Sequence record: KT919972.1
DNA length: 64,000 nucleotides
Direction: 5' to 3' (one strand)
Positions 11,045-22,439 of this stretch are shown piece by piece (within the stretch, counting starts at the first letter, position 1; every line of letters starts with the position of its first letter). A model generated the notes under the pieces. The model saw only the letters and a program-made list of their open reading frames with translations. It made no database searches and was not told where the DNA came from. The position numbers and the translations under genes were made by a program.

Positions 11045-12468
11045 GCAAAGGAACTCAAATTTTCAATCACGTGATTGACGATGCGGGTACAGTTACAGTT
11101 GAAGTCGAAGGTACTTCCTTTGATGGGCTTACTGGGGGTAATAACGATCTCCAAACGTGTCTTGAGCTTGTACAAGCTCATGCACTTCAACCATTACCTG
11201 ATTACCCTATAGCATCAACATCAGTCGCGGGCATTACATTGTTAAGTGATAATGCAGCAGTCGCAGATGAGCTTAATAACACAAGCGCGGTAACACCATC
11301 TGCATTAAATTATTGGATGGAAAATCACGCGACTGCAACAGAACTTCAATACGGTTTTGTGAAGCTGATTACAAACAGCACGATTGATAACATTGACCCG
11401 ACAGCCGCAGTAGAAGAAGCACAGAAACATGCATTCACGCTTAAAACATTGAACTACGCGTTGAATACTCGTTTCTATGCAACTGAATCTTCGCCGGGTG
11501 CTGTACGGCTAGCGACATATGCACAAGCAACGACAACAGGCACATTGTCTAATAGTGTGGCTATGACCCCACAGCGAGTTAAGGAAATGCTTGACGTGTG
11601 GGCGAATACTACCGCATCAGATGCTACAGAAACGACGAAAGGGTTGATTCGATTAGCAAATGCAACTGAAGTAAACAGCACATCAGCATCAGAAAACAAT
11701 CTAGCAATTTCACCGTATCGATTCAATGAACGCACAGCGACAACTACGAGAAAGGCAGGTTTCTATCTACCGAACTCAACAGTTGCAAATGCGCGTACAT
11801 CTAATGACCATGCAGTCACAGTCGGTACATTAGATTTATTCACTGCGACTAGCTCACGTGTCGGTGTTGCGAAAATTGCAAACAATCTAACAACAAACGA
11901 TGCGACTCAAGCACTAAGTGCGGCAATGGGTTATAAGTTGAATAATGAAAAGATTGGTGTTTCAGGCGGGACAGTAACTGGTACATTGAAAATCGACGAT
12001 GTTCAATCTGTAAGTGGTACTCAGTTAATGACAAATGGTCTGATTGAATCATCAGCTATGTTGAATATGTACCCTGTGGGTGCTATATACATGTCACTTG
12101 AATCTACATCACCAGCTACACTATTCGGTGGAACATGGTCTAGAATTGCAGAAGGTCGCGTGCTTGTATCTGAAGGTACACATGGTGGTAGAACATTCAA
12201 CGTAAGACAAACAGGTGGTGAATACGAAGTTATCTTAACTGAAGAAACAATGCCAACTCACAAACACGCAGGTTGGGGTGATCGTTGGACTTACGGTGGC
12301 AACGGGCTAGGGTTCGGAGTTGCATACGAGTATGGTAGAAGCAACCCAGGTTCAGGTCGTACTGATAACGACAACTACTTGTATTACTCATCACCAGAAG
12401 GTGGTGGTCAACCACATAATAACGTACAGCCGTACTATACTGTTTACATGTGGGAAAGAACTGCATAA
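11041..12468 (+). CDS. gp12: Short tail fibre gp12, paralogue B
   Basis: N-terminal NHVIDDAGTV, ATELQYGFVKL-type repeats, YPVGAIYMS collar, HKH motif and PHNNVQPYYTVYMWERTA end. Confidence 0.88.
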   Translation: MSKGTQIFNHVIDDAGTVTVEVEGTSFDGLTGGNNDLQTCLELVQAHALQPLPDYPIASTSVAGITLLSDNAAVADELNNTSAVTPSALNYWMENHATATELQYGFVKLITNSTIDNIDPTAAVEEAQKHAFTLKTLNYALNTRFYATESSPGAVRLATYAQATTTGTLSNSVAMTPQRVKEMLDVWANTTASDATETTKGLIRLANATEVNSTSASENNLAISPYRFNERTATTTRKAGFYLPNSTVANARTSNDHAVTVGTLDLFTATSSRVGVAKIANNLTTNDATQALSAAMGYKLNNEKIGVSGGTVTGTLKIDDVQSVSGTQLMTNGLIESSAMLNMYPVGAIYMSLESTSPATLFGGTWSRIAEGRVLVSEGTHGGRTFNVRQTGGEYEVILTEETMPTHKHAGWGDRWTYGGNGLGFGVAYEYGRSNPGSGRTDNDNYLYYSSPEGGGQPHNNVQPYYTVYMWERTA

Positions 12469-12508
12469 AGACAAGCATATTATAGCTTGAAAGTCAATGC
12501 TAATAAAC

Positions 12509-12536
12509 GGGTGAGATTGATTTCTCACCCTTTTTT
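12509..12536 (+). terminator. Intrinsic terminator after gp12B
   Basis: GGGTGAGA-ttgatt-TCTCACCC stem followed by T6. Confidence 0.85.
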
Positions 12537-12560
12537 GTATTAGCGCAGCGAAGAAATGGC

Positions 12561-12626
12561 AAGAGGCGGAAAAATTCCGTCTCATCTTAGTAGTATTAGT
12601 GGTTTTAGTGATATTAGAAGTATTAG
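12561..12626 (+). repeat. 66-bp non-coding element, copy A (inverted repeat of 39402-39467), with hairpin plus 9-bp-period TTAG array
   Basis: AAGAGGCGGAAAAATTCCGTCTCATCTTAGTAGTATTAGTGGTTTTAGTGATATTAGAAGTATTAG is the exact reverse complement of 39402-39467. Confidence 0.95.
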
Positions 12627-12718
12627 TATGATTAGTATTAAATACGTGTTTAATACCATGAATATGCTTGCTATTATTAACACATAAAGACATTCCCCTC
12701 TCTGTTTCTTTGTATTGC

Positions 12719-12726
12719 TATAAATA
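12719..12726 (+). promoter_or_regulatory. T4-type late promoter (wac)
   Basis: Consensus TATAAATA about 40 nt upstream of the wac start. Confidence 0.88.
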
Positions 12727-12766
12727 GTAGTAAGCTATGTTCATTTACAATACAAGGGAACAAAAA

Positions 12767-14449
12767 ATGACAATTCAAAAGCCTATCATTGAAGAGCTTA
12801 GATATGTAAATGGTCAACCAGATCCTTCTCAACGTCCCGATCAGACTCGAATCAATTGGGCTAAGAACGGTGAAAGCATCAACGGTGCTTCTGGTGACAC
12901 GACTTCAGACGGTGTATTAAACCGCGCAGGAGTACAGATTCAAGAAAACGTTCTAAACTCTCATTACAACACAAAAGCACAGCAAAGCGCAATTGAAGAA
13001 CTTGTTGATACTGTTAACGAACTGACAGGTGGCGGTGACGCTAACTTGGGTTCTCGTGTATCACAAAACGAGTTTGATATTGATGTACTTGAAGGTCAAA
13101 TGACTAACGTCATTGATGACATCGGTGTACCGAGTAGTGTTGACGTACTTGCAACAGGTCTGCATAAAGGCATCGAAGATGTTGAGGCAGATATTGGTGT
13201 TCGTAACAGCCTAGATATTCCAAACGAAGTTGAAAACAACGATACAGTTCGTAAAGACCTATATTTCATCAAGCGTCGTATTGGTAATGATCGTAACTAC
13301 GATGTCAATGGCAACCCATCGCCTAGTACAAACCCAACTGGTATGAAATATCAGATTGAAGATCTGTACAACAAAACAGCTACGATCAACGCTGAAATCG
13401 GCGAGAACGCAATCCCGCTTTCAATCAACGGTCGTTTATACGAACTAGAGCAAAACTCACAAGTTGGTTCTGTTGATCAGATTCGTGATGAACTAGGTGA
13501 AACGGCAGATGCTGACCCTGGTCGTCCAGTGTATCTTCGTCTTGATGATGCTGAAAGTTCTATTTCAGACAACGCATCAGATATTGCATTATTACAACAG
13601 GAAGTTGAAACGCCGACTACAGGTCTACTTGATCGCGTTAGCGCGAATGAAGTTACAATTGCAGATAATCAGTCACAAATTGGCTCCGTTACTAATTTAT
13701 TTATTGAAATGTCAACTGATATCGGTTCATACGCAGTAGATGACGTGTACTCGGGTAGCATGAAAGCTCGTCTATCGACGTTTAACGACGATATCAATAG
13801 CTTGTGGGGTCGTTTAGGGGCTACTGACGCAGAAACTGGCACAGTGTCTTACAGAGTGTCACAGCTTGAGTCTAGTCTAGGTGAGCGTACAAACCCCGTT
13901 GAATTTACTGCATGGTACACAATTCAAGAAAACCGTGGTTTGGTTGATTCTGCTCAAGCAGACGTTGACGGACTATTGGCTGTAGTTGGTCAGAGTGATA
14001 GCGAAGTGGGTACCTTACGTGCGCGTGTTCTAGAACTCGAATCACAGCTTGATCATGCATTGTTGACTTCTGATACCCCGAGCACTGTTGATCTTACAAC
14101 TACTCCGACAGATGTGTTTAGTTTATTCAACGTTGATACAGATGTAAGTGGCTACACGTATGCAGGGGGTGTATTGACACGTAACGGTCTATCACTGAGC
14201 AAAACGATGTCTATTCACTGGGTTGTTGTTTCACCGATAAACACTACAATCACGATTCGAATTGATTTCGACCATGATAACGGCACAAGCTCATCAATCG
14301 AGAAAACACGTACGCTTCGTGCAAACCAAGTTACTCCAGTTACAATCACTAACGTTGCGAATCTAGATGACTTGAGTGAGATTCGAGTATTGGCTAGCAC
14401 AGCGGCTAATGTTACTATCGACCATGAATCATTTGTACTAAAAGTATAA
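12767..14449 (+). CDS. wac: Fibritin (whisker/collar)
   Basis: N-terminal LRYVNGQPD...RINWAKNGE...DGVLNRAGVQIQEN as in T4 Wac, followed by a long segmented coiled coil. Start set to ATG 12767 after the AAGGG SD. Confidence 0.93.
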   Translation: MTIQKPIIEELRYVNGQPDPSQRPDQTRINWAKNGESINGASGDTTSDGVLNRAGVQIQENVLNSHYNTKAQQSAIEELVDTVNELTGGGDANLGSRVSQNEFDIDVLEGQMTNVIDDIGVPSSVDVLATGLHKGIEDVEADIGVRNSLDIPNEVENNDTVRKDLYFIKRRIGNDRNYDVNGNPSPSTNPTGMKYQIEDLYNKTATINAEIGENAIPLSINGRLYELEQNSQVGSVDQIRDELGETADADPGRPVYLRLDDAESSISDNASDIALLQQEVETPTTGLLDRVSANEVTIADNQSQIGSVTNLFIEMSTDIGSYAVDDVYSGSMKARLSTFNDDINSLWGRLGATDAETGTVSYRVSQLESSLGERTNPVEFTAWYTIQENRGLVDSAQADVDGLLAVVGQSDSEVGTLRARVLELESQLDHALLTSDTPSTVDLTTTPTDVFSLFNVDTDVSGYTYAGGVLTRNGLSLSKTMSIHWVVVSPINTTITIRIDFDHDNGTSSSIEKTRTLRANQVTPVTITNVANLDDLSEIRVLASTAANVTIDHESFVLKV

Positions 14450-14459
14450 GGGGTAAGTT

Positions 14460-15389
14460 ATGCAAGCGTATAACGCTACATCGCCTCGTGAAATGAAAGA
14501 TTTGATTTTAAGGCGCCTTGGTGCGCCTATTGTCAATGTCGAAGTGTCTGAAGATCAGATATACGACTGCATTTCACGTGCGCTAGAACTTTACATTGAA
14601 TATCACCCAGATGGGGTGAACAAAACATATTCTATCATTTCATTGTCTGAAGAACAAGCTCAAACAGGTATCATAGATCTTGATATCCCCGCGACTGCGA
14701 TCACGAAAATTTTGCGCGGTGAAAGTAGCTTCTTCACTATGGACGGAACTGCGACATACTCATGGTTCAGCGACTTTTTACAAGGTCTAGCGGGTGGTGC
14801 AGGACAAGGTTCATGCAATTCGTATCATCAAGGTATGTTAGGTGGTAGTGGTGGCGGTTTAAGTGATTATTGGAACTTGATGTCATACAAAAGTTTGATG
14901 ATGGACTTGATGTCACCCGAACACGATTACTGGTATAATGGTGTTAACAAACAATTGCGCATCAATGCCAATTTACAACCGAATGAAGTTGTTGTAGTCG
15001 AAGCATATGTTCCTAGTGCATTGTTAGTTTCTGAATCTGCGACTGGTATCATCGGTAACAAAGCAGCAACAATCGGTTCATATGAAGACACCACAGCGCA
15101 AGAGCGTTGGGATGACCCGTATGCGATTCTAAGACAGAATAACACAATCGGTAACCCTAACCAGTTCGCTGAACAGAACGCATATTCGGTGCGTTGGGTT
15201 AAAGACATGGCTACTGCTATGGTTAAACAGCTTAACGGTACGATTCTGAAGAAGCACCAAGGGCTTCAATTACCAGGTGGTATTACAGTAGACGGTAAAG
15301 AGATTTACGCAGAGGCAGAAGAAGAAATGAATCGCTTGCGTGAAGAACTTATGTCACTGACCGTTCCGCTTGGCGTATTCATGGGGTGA
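14460..15389 (+). CDS. gp13: Neck protein gp13
   Basis: SPREMKDLILRRLGAPIVNVEV and WVKDMATA...LPGGITVDG motifs. Confidence 0.96.
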   Translation: MQAYNATSPREMKDLILRRLGAPIVNVEVSEDQIYDCISRALELYIEYHPDGVNKTYSIISLSEEQAQTGIIDLDIPATAITKILRGESSFFTMDGTATYSWFSDFLQGLAGGAGQGSCNSYHQGMLGGSGGGLSDYWNLMSYKSLMMDLMSPEHDYWYNGVNKQLRINANLQPNEVVVVEAYVPSALLVSESATGIIGNKAATIGSYEDTTAQERWDDPYAILRQNNTIGNPNQFAEQNAYSVRWVKDMATAMVKQLNGTILKKHQGLQLPGGITVDGKEIYAEAEEEMNRLREELMSLTVPLGVFMG

Positions 15390-15392
15390 TTT

Positions 15393-16232
15393 ATGGGAGC
15401 ATACGACGACAATACAGGTGGTATGTTCGCTAAGTTGGAAAGTCAAAAAGGGTTTGACAAGATCTACAATGATCATTTAGTCAACCCTTATTTCAACTGG
15501 GTAAATCATACCAACGAACAGAATTTAACAGACATGCTTGTTGCAGAGTCTATCATCAACCGTGGCGTTGAATGTGTTTACATTCGACGTGAAATGCAAA
15601 ACGTCGACCTTGTATTCGGCGAAGACCCGTTGAGTAAATTTACAAAGAACTTCAGAATGGCGTTGTATGTTGAATCATTTGACGGGTGGGATGGCGACGG
15701 TGATTGGTATAGTAAGTTCGGTTTTCAAGTTAATGATGAAATGAATGTCTGTATCAACCCAAAACTGTTCGCTCAACAAGGAGATGGCAATCAACCGCTA
15801 ATGGGTGACTTGATATATTTCCCTCTTGCTAACAGTCTATTTGAGATTAGTTGGGTTGAAAGAGAAGACCCGTGGTATATGAATGGTGTTTTGCCTATGC
15901 GTAAGATGAAAATGACGAAATTCGTATACTCTGGTGAGGAAATCAATCTTGAGAAGCCAGACGCAGTTGTTGACTCGATTGACGACATTTTAAACTTTGG
16001 TCAAGATACTGACGAAATGATTGATATTGACAAAATCAATTCACTTGATGGTCGTTGGGACATCGGAATCGAGCAGGGTGATGAAATTACTCAAATCGAA
16101 GATGAAGTTGAAAAATACTACGAATCTGAGCAAGTTGTGCCTCAGGGTAGTGATGTTAAACCAACAGACCCACGTCAAGAAGCACCAGTTGGGTTTAGTG
16201 TAAATAATAGTAATCCATTTGACAGTTTTTAA
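15393..16232 (+). CDS. gp14: Neck protein gp14
   Basis: NPYFNW...LVAESII..GVECVYIRRE...FGEDPLSKF and GDLIYFPLANSLFEI motifs. Confidence 0.96.
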   Translation: MGAYDDNTGGMFAKLESQKGFDKIYNDHLVNPYFNWVNHTNEQNLTDMLVAESIINRGVECVYIRREMQNVDLVFGEDPLSKFTKNFRMALYVESFDGWDGDGDWYSKFGFQVNDEMNVCINPKLFAQQGDGNQPLMGDLIYFPLANSLFEISWVEREDPWYMNGVLPMRKMKMTKFVYSGEEINLEKPDAVVDSIDDILNFGQDTDEMIDIDKINSLDGRWDIGIEQGDEITQIEDEVEKYYESEQVVPQGSDVKPTDPRQEAPVGFSVNNSNPFDSF

Positions 16233-16241
16233 GGGGGCATC

Positions 16242-17303
16242 GTGAAAGGGTATTTCTATCACAGATCGATACGCAAATACGTTCTCTTGATGGGAAACTT
16301 GTTCTCTAACATATACGTATCTCGCGGAGATACGTATAGAAAGGTGCCAATTACAGTTTCTTCAAAGGAGCAATTCGTTGCATCTTTGAATAGTCAAGAG
16401 CTTAACGGCGACGGTAGCGTAGCGAATGTAGCTACGCTGCTACCAAGAATTGGCTTGGACATGGTGTCGTGTACTTATGACGCGACGAGAAAAACTAACG
16501 TTTCAAACCGTAAGCTGACACGTGATTATACGGGTGATCGACCTAAATCGAATAAGCTCTTTAACTCAGTCCCTTACGACTTTGAATTTGAAGTCAGTGT
16601 TTATACACGTCATCAAGATGATGCATTTCAAATTATAGAACAAATACTTCCTTATTTTCAACCGCAATTTAACACTATGATTAAAGAGCTTGATGAAAAT
16701 GAGGTTGTAGTAGATGAGCGTGATATTCCTATTATATTAGAATCAGCCGTACCCGAAGCGACATTTGAAGGCGCGGCTGGCGATATGCGACATATCGAAT
16801 GGACATTGAACTTGCGTCTTAAAGGTTGGTTATACCCACCTACAAATGCTCAGTTCGGTGAGATTAGAACGATTTACTTGAACTTCCAAGACGAAGAGCA
16901 ATCAATCATTCATGCAGAACGTGAAGCTGTTTCTAGTTCATGTGACATTGATTGGAGCGTTCGTTCTCAAGTCGATGCTGCTAGTTCAATTAGCTGGCGA
17001 TATAGAATCGAATCATCATACGATGTTGATTGGAATATACGTAGTGATATAAGTAGCGACCTTGATGTTGATTGGTCGAGACGATTCAGCACGAGCGGTA
17101 ATATTGATGTTGAGTATTCGACATATAGTTCAGTGAGCGCATCGAGTGAATTTGATTGGTCTACTCGCTCTACAATTGATAGCGATTATAACATCTACTG
17201 GTATAACAGAGATGAAGTGGGCGCCTCGTACGGTGTAGTTTGGGATCATTCTCGTGAATCTGTCATTAGCTCTACTGACGTGACGTACAACATTGAAAAC
17301 TAA
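16242..17303 (+). CDS. gp15: Tail sheath stabiliser/terminator gp15 with C-terminal repeat extension
   Basis: YFYHRSIRKYVLLMGNLFS, LPRIGLDM, EQILPYFQP and KGWLYPP motifs, then about 125 extra residues of 14-aa repeats. Confidence 0.95.
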   Translation: MKGYFYHRSIRKYVLLMGNLFSNIYVSRGDTYRKVPITVSSKEQFVASLNSQELNGDGSVANVATLLPRIGLDMVSCTYDATRKTNVSNRKLTRDYTGDRPKSNKLFNSVPYDFEFEVSVYTRHQDDAFQIIEQILPYFQPQFNTMIKELDENEVVVDERDIPIILESAVPEATFEGAAGDMRHIEWTLNLRLKGWLYPPTNAQFGEIRTIYLNFQDEEQSIIHAEREAVSSSCDIDWSVRSQVDAASSISWRYRIESSYDVDWNIRSDISSDLDVDWSRRFSTSGNIDVEYSTYSSVSASSEFDWSTRSTIDSDYNIYWYNRDEVGASYGVVWDHSRESVISSTDVTYNIEN

Positions 17304-17314
17304 TATGGTGGTCT

Positions 17315-17322
17315 TCTAAATA
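17315..17322 (+). promoter_or_regulatory. Putative late promoter variant TCTAAATA, within hairpin GGTCTTC/GAAGACC (17310-17330)
   Basis: One mismatch to TATAAATA, intergenic, upstream of ORF 17356. The motif recurs at seven intergenic sites. Confidence 0.6.
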
Positions 17323-17355
17323 TGAAGACCGTCCTTATCTTTTTGGAGAGAAATC

Positions 17356-17904
17356 ATGCCTATCGTAACAGGTGATTTAAGATTTAATAAAAGTCTGCAC
17401 GTAGTTGCGGCTTCGCCGGGAAACGGCAACACAAACGATCAAGAAGTTGATTCACTGGGTGGTGGTATCAGTGCTACCGAGCTAGTTTCAGGTCAAGTTC
17501 ATGATCTTTTCGATGCGGTACCTTCATCTGAAGCTTCTTCAGGTCGTGTTGAGTATCGCTTAATTTACGTCAAAAATAACCACCCATCGCTAACTTTGTA
17601 TGATGCAATGGTGTATATGTCTGCCAATACAGCATCGGCAGATTCTACTATCGAGCTAGGTCTAGACCCAGTGGCGCTTAACGGCGTTGATTCGCTTATC
17701 ACTCTAGATGACGAAGTTGATTCAGGTACTGAATTGTCAACAGTTATATTCGGTGAACATTCGACATTCGAATCTGGGCTTGATATCGGTAATTTAGCAG
17801 CAGGCGAATATCGAGCAATTTGGGTTAGACGTACTATCAATGCAGGTGCAGCGGCAGCATTAGAAACTGCAACTATTACTGTTCGTGGAGACACTGACGC
17901 TTAA
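17356..17904 (+). CDS. Hypothetical beta-rich protein, probably virion structural
   Basis: 182 aa with a good GGAG SD, lying between genes 15 and 16. Acidic, Gly/Ser/Thr-rich beta-sandwich-like sequence. Confidence 0.8.
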   Translation: MPIVTGDLRFNKSLHVVAASPGNGNTNDQEVDSLGGGISATELVSGQVHDLFDAVPSSEASSGRVEYRLIYVKNNHPSLTLYDAMVYMSANTASADSTIELGLDPVALNGVDSLITLDDEVDSGTELSTVIFGEHSTFESGLDIGNLAAGEYRAIWVRRTINAGAAAALETATITVRGDTDA

Positions 17905-18014
17905 TACCTGTTTATATCGCTGTGTGCTTAACGTACGCAGCGTTTGTCTATTGTATTGAGTGTTTGTACTCATATTATTGAAAAACGCTCTGTGAGCGTT
18001 TTAGAGAGGAACGT

Positions 18015-20325
<2,311 letters not shown>

Positions 20326-20326
20326 T

Positions 20327-20334
20327 TATAAATA
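20327..20334 (+). promoter_or_regulatory. T4-type late promoter (gene 18)
   Basis: TATAAATA upstream of the gp18 start. Confidence 0.88.
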
Positions 20335-20371
20335 TTAAATGAACAAACAACTTAATGGTAAGGAAAAATAA

Positions 20372-22387
20372 ATGACTCTTTTATCTCCGGGTGTCGAAAA
20401 TAAAGAGATTAACCTTGCAAGTGCTATCGGTCGTGCGTCTACAGGGCGTGCTGCTATGGTGGGGAAATTTGAGTGGGGTCCAGCATACAGCATCACTCAA
20501 GTAACTTCAGAGTCCGACTTGGTTACTATTTTCGGTCGTCCAAACGACTATACCGCAGCATCATTCATGACTGCGAACAACTTCTTGAAGTATGGTAACG
20601 ATCTACGTCTAGTGCGTATCTGTGATGAGTCAAGTGCTCAGAACGCGACTGCATTATACAACGCTGTTGAATACACTCTAGGTGCATCAAACGGCTGTGT
20701 TGTTGGTGATGAAATCACGATTACTTACTCAGGTGTTGGTTCGCTTACTGAAAAGGGTAAAGTACTTGAAGTAGATGCGGGTAACAACAACGCAGCAACT
20801 AAGATTTTCTTGCCTTCGGCAGAGATCGTTGCGGCTGCTAAAGCTGACGGGAACTACCCGGGCGTGGGTACAGTTACACTACAACCAACTCAAGGTGATA
20901 TTGCACTTTCTGCGATTGAAATTATTGATACTGGTTCAGTATACTTCCCTAATATCGAATTGTCAACAGGTGCGTTAACAGAGATTGAAACTGAAGGCGG
21001 TGCATTGAAATACGCTGATCTAATCGAGAAGCAAGGTTTCTCTCGTATTGCTGCACGTTATGTTGGTAGCTATGGTGACAACATTTCTGTTGAAGTGATT
21101 AACTACTCCGACTATCAGACTGCATTTGCATTCGCGGCTGGTCATACACTAGGCGATATCGATCTACCAATCTACCCAGATGGTGGTACTCGTTCAATCA
21201 ACCTAGCTAGTTACTTCACTTTCGGCCCTGCAAACAGCAACCAATACGCTGTAATTGTTCGCGTATCTGGTGAAGTTGAAGAAGCGTTCATCGTTTCTAC
21301 GAACCCAGGTGACAAAGACGTGAACGGTCAATCTATTTTCATCGACGAGTACTTTGAAAATAGCGGTTCTGCGTACATCACTGCGATTGCAGAAGGTTGG
21401 AATACTGGCTCAGGTGCATACAATCTTGGTGGTGGTTACGACGCTAACGCTGGCGCAGACGACTGGATGCTTGGTCTAGATATGCTATCTGACCCAGAAG
21501 TTCTTTACACAAACTTGATCATTGCGGGTAATGCTGCGGCAGAAGAACTATCAATTGCATCGACTGTTCAAAAATACGCGATTGACTCAGTTGGTAATGT
21601 ACGTCAAGACTGTGTTGTTTTCGTATCGCCACCGGGTGTTCACGTAATCAACAAACAAGCGCATGTTGCAGTAGCGAATATTCAAGGCTGGCGCACGGGT
21701 ATCGACCCGACTAACGGTCAACCTGTAACTGACAATCTAAACGTAAGCACGACTTATGCAGTGGTTGACGGTAACTATAAGTATCAGTACGACAAGTACT
21801 CAGATCGCAATCGTTGGGTTCCTCTAGCGGGTGATATTGCAGGTCTATGTGCTTACACTGACCAAGTTTCTCAACCTTGGATGTCACCAGCGGGCTTCAA
21901 TCGTGGTCAAATCAAGGGCGTAAACCGTCTAGCAGTTGATCTACGTCGTGCTCACCGTGATGCGCTATATCAAATCGGTATTAACCCTGTAGTGGGCTTT
22001 GCAGGTCAAGGCTTCGTACTATACGGTGATAAGACTGCTACACAGCAAGCAAGTGCATTTGATCGCATTAACGTGCGTCGTCTGTTTAACTTGCTGAAGA
22101 AAGCGATCTCAGATGCTGCTAAGTATCGTCTATTCGAATTGAACGATGAGTTCACACGCTCAAGCTTCAAATCAGAAATCGACGCTTACTTGACTAACAT
22201 TCAAGATCTAGGCGGTATTTACGATTTCCGTGTTGTATGTGATGAGACAAACAACCCAGGGTCTGTCATCGACAGAAACGAGTTTGTAGCAAGTATCTAC
22301 GTGAAACCTGCTAAGTCAATCAACTACATTACGCTGAACTTCGTAGCAACGTCAACTGACGCTGACTTTGCAGAAATCATCGGCTAA
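20372..22387 (+). CDS. gp18: Tail sheath protein gp18
   Basis: MTLLSPGVENKEI, GKFEWGP, WMSPAGFNRGQI and FDRINVRRLF motifs. Confidence 0.98.
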   Translation: MTLLSPGVENKEINLASAIGRASTGRAAMVGKFEWGPAYSITQVTSESDLVTIFGRPNDYTAASFMTANNFLKYGNDLRLVRICDESSAQNATALYNAVEYTLGASNGCVVGDEITITYSGVGSLTEKGKVLEVDAGNNNAATKIFLPSAEIVAAAKADGNYPGVGTVTLQPTQGDIALSAIEIIDTGSVYFPNIELSTGALTEIETEGGALKYADLIEKQGFSRIAARYVGSYGDNISVEVINYSDYQTAFAFAAGHTLGDIDLPIYPDGGTRSINLASYFTFGPANSNQYAVIVRVSGEVEEAFIVSTNPGDKDVNGQSIFIDEYFENSGSAYITAIAEGWNTGSGAYNLGGGYDANAGADDWMLGLDMLSDPEVLYTNLIIAGNAAAEELSIASTVQKYAIDSVGNVRQDCVVFVSPPGVHVINKQAHVAVANIQGWRTGIDPTNGQPVTDNLNVSTTYAVVDGNYKYQYDKYSDRNRWVPLAGDIAGLCAYTDQVSQPWMSPAGFNRGQIKGVNRLAVDLRRAHRDALYQIGINPVVGFAGQGFVLYGDKTATQQASAFDRINVRRLFNLLKKAISDAAKYRLFELNDEFTRSSFKSEIDAYLTNIQDLGGIYDFRVVCDETNNPGSVIDRNEFVASIYVKPAKSINYITLNFVATSTDADFAEIIG

Positions 22388-22397
22388 GAGCAATCAC

Positions 22398-22418
22398 GAG
22401 GGGCTTTTTTAGCCCCTC
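22398..22418 (+). terminator. Hairpin between genes 18 and 19
   Basis: GAGGGGCT-ttttt-AGCCCCTC inverted repeat with no long U-tract. Confidence 0.55.
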
Positions 22419-22424
22419 TAAATA
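22417..22424 (+). promoter_or_regulatory. Putative late promoter variant TCTAAATA (gene 19)
   Basis: Intergenic, 15 nt upstream of the gp19 ATG. Confidence 0.6.
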
Positions 22425-22439
22425 ATAAGGTAAGAGAAA

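Noticed and set aside
12587-12640. TTAG array as a CRISPR array or telomere-like repeat
   Set aside because: Units are 4 bp with 5-bp spacers, there are no 25-45 bp repeats, no unique spacers and no cas genes, and the site is internal.
12391-12693. 100-aa minus-strand ORF with TNTSNITKTTNTTK repeats
   Set aside because: It is the translation of the TTAG array read backwards, crosses a terminator, overlaps the gp12B end and has no SD. The same DNA recurs at 39402 without the surrounding ORF.
17983-18001. Hairpin AAACGCTC-tgt-GAGCGTTT upstream of gene 16 as a pac site
   Set aside because: It ends before the SD and has no U-tract or repeat partner. Nothing in the sequence links it to packaging.
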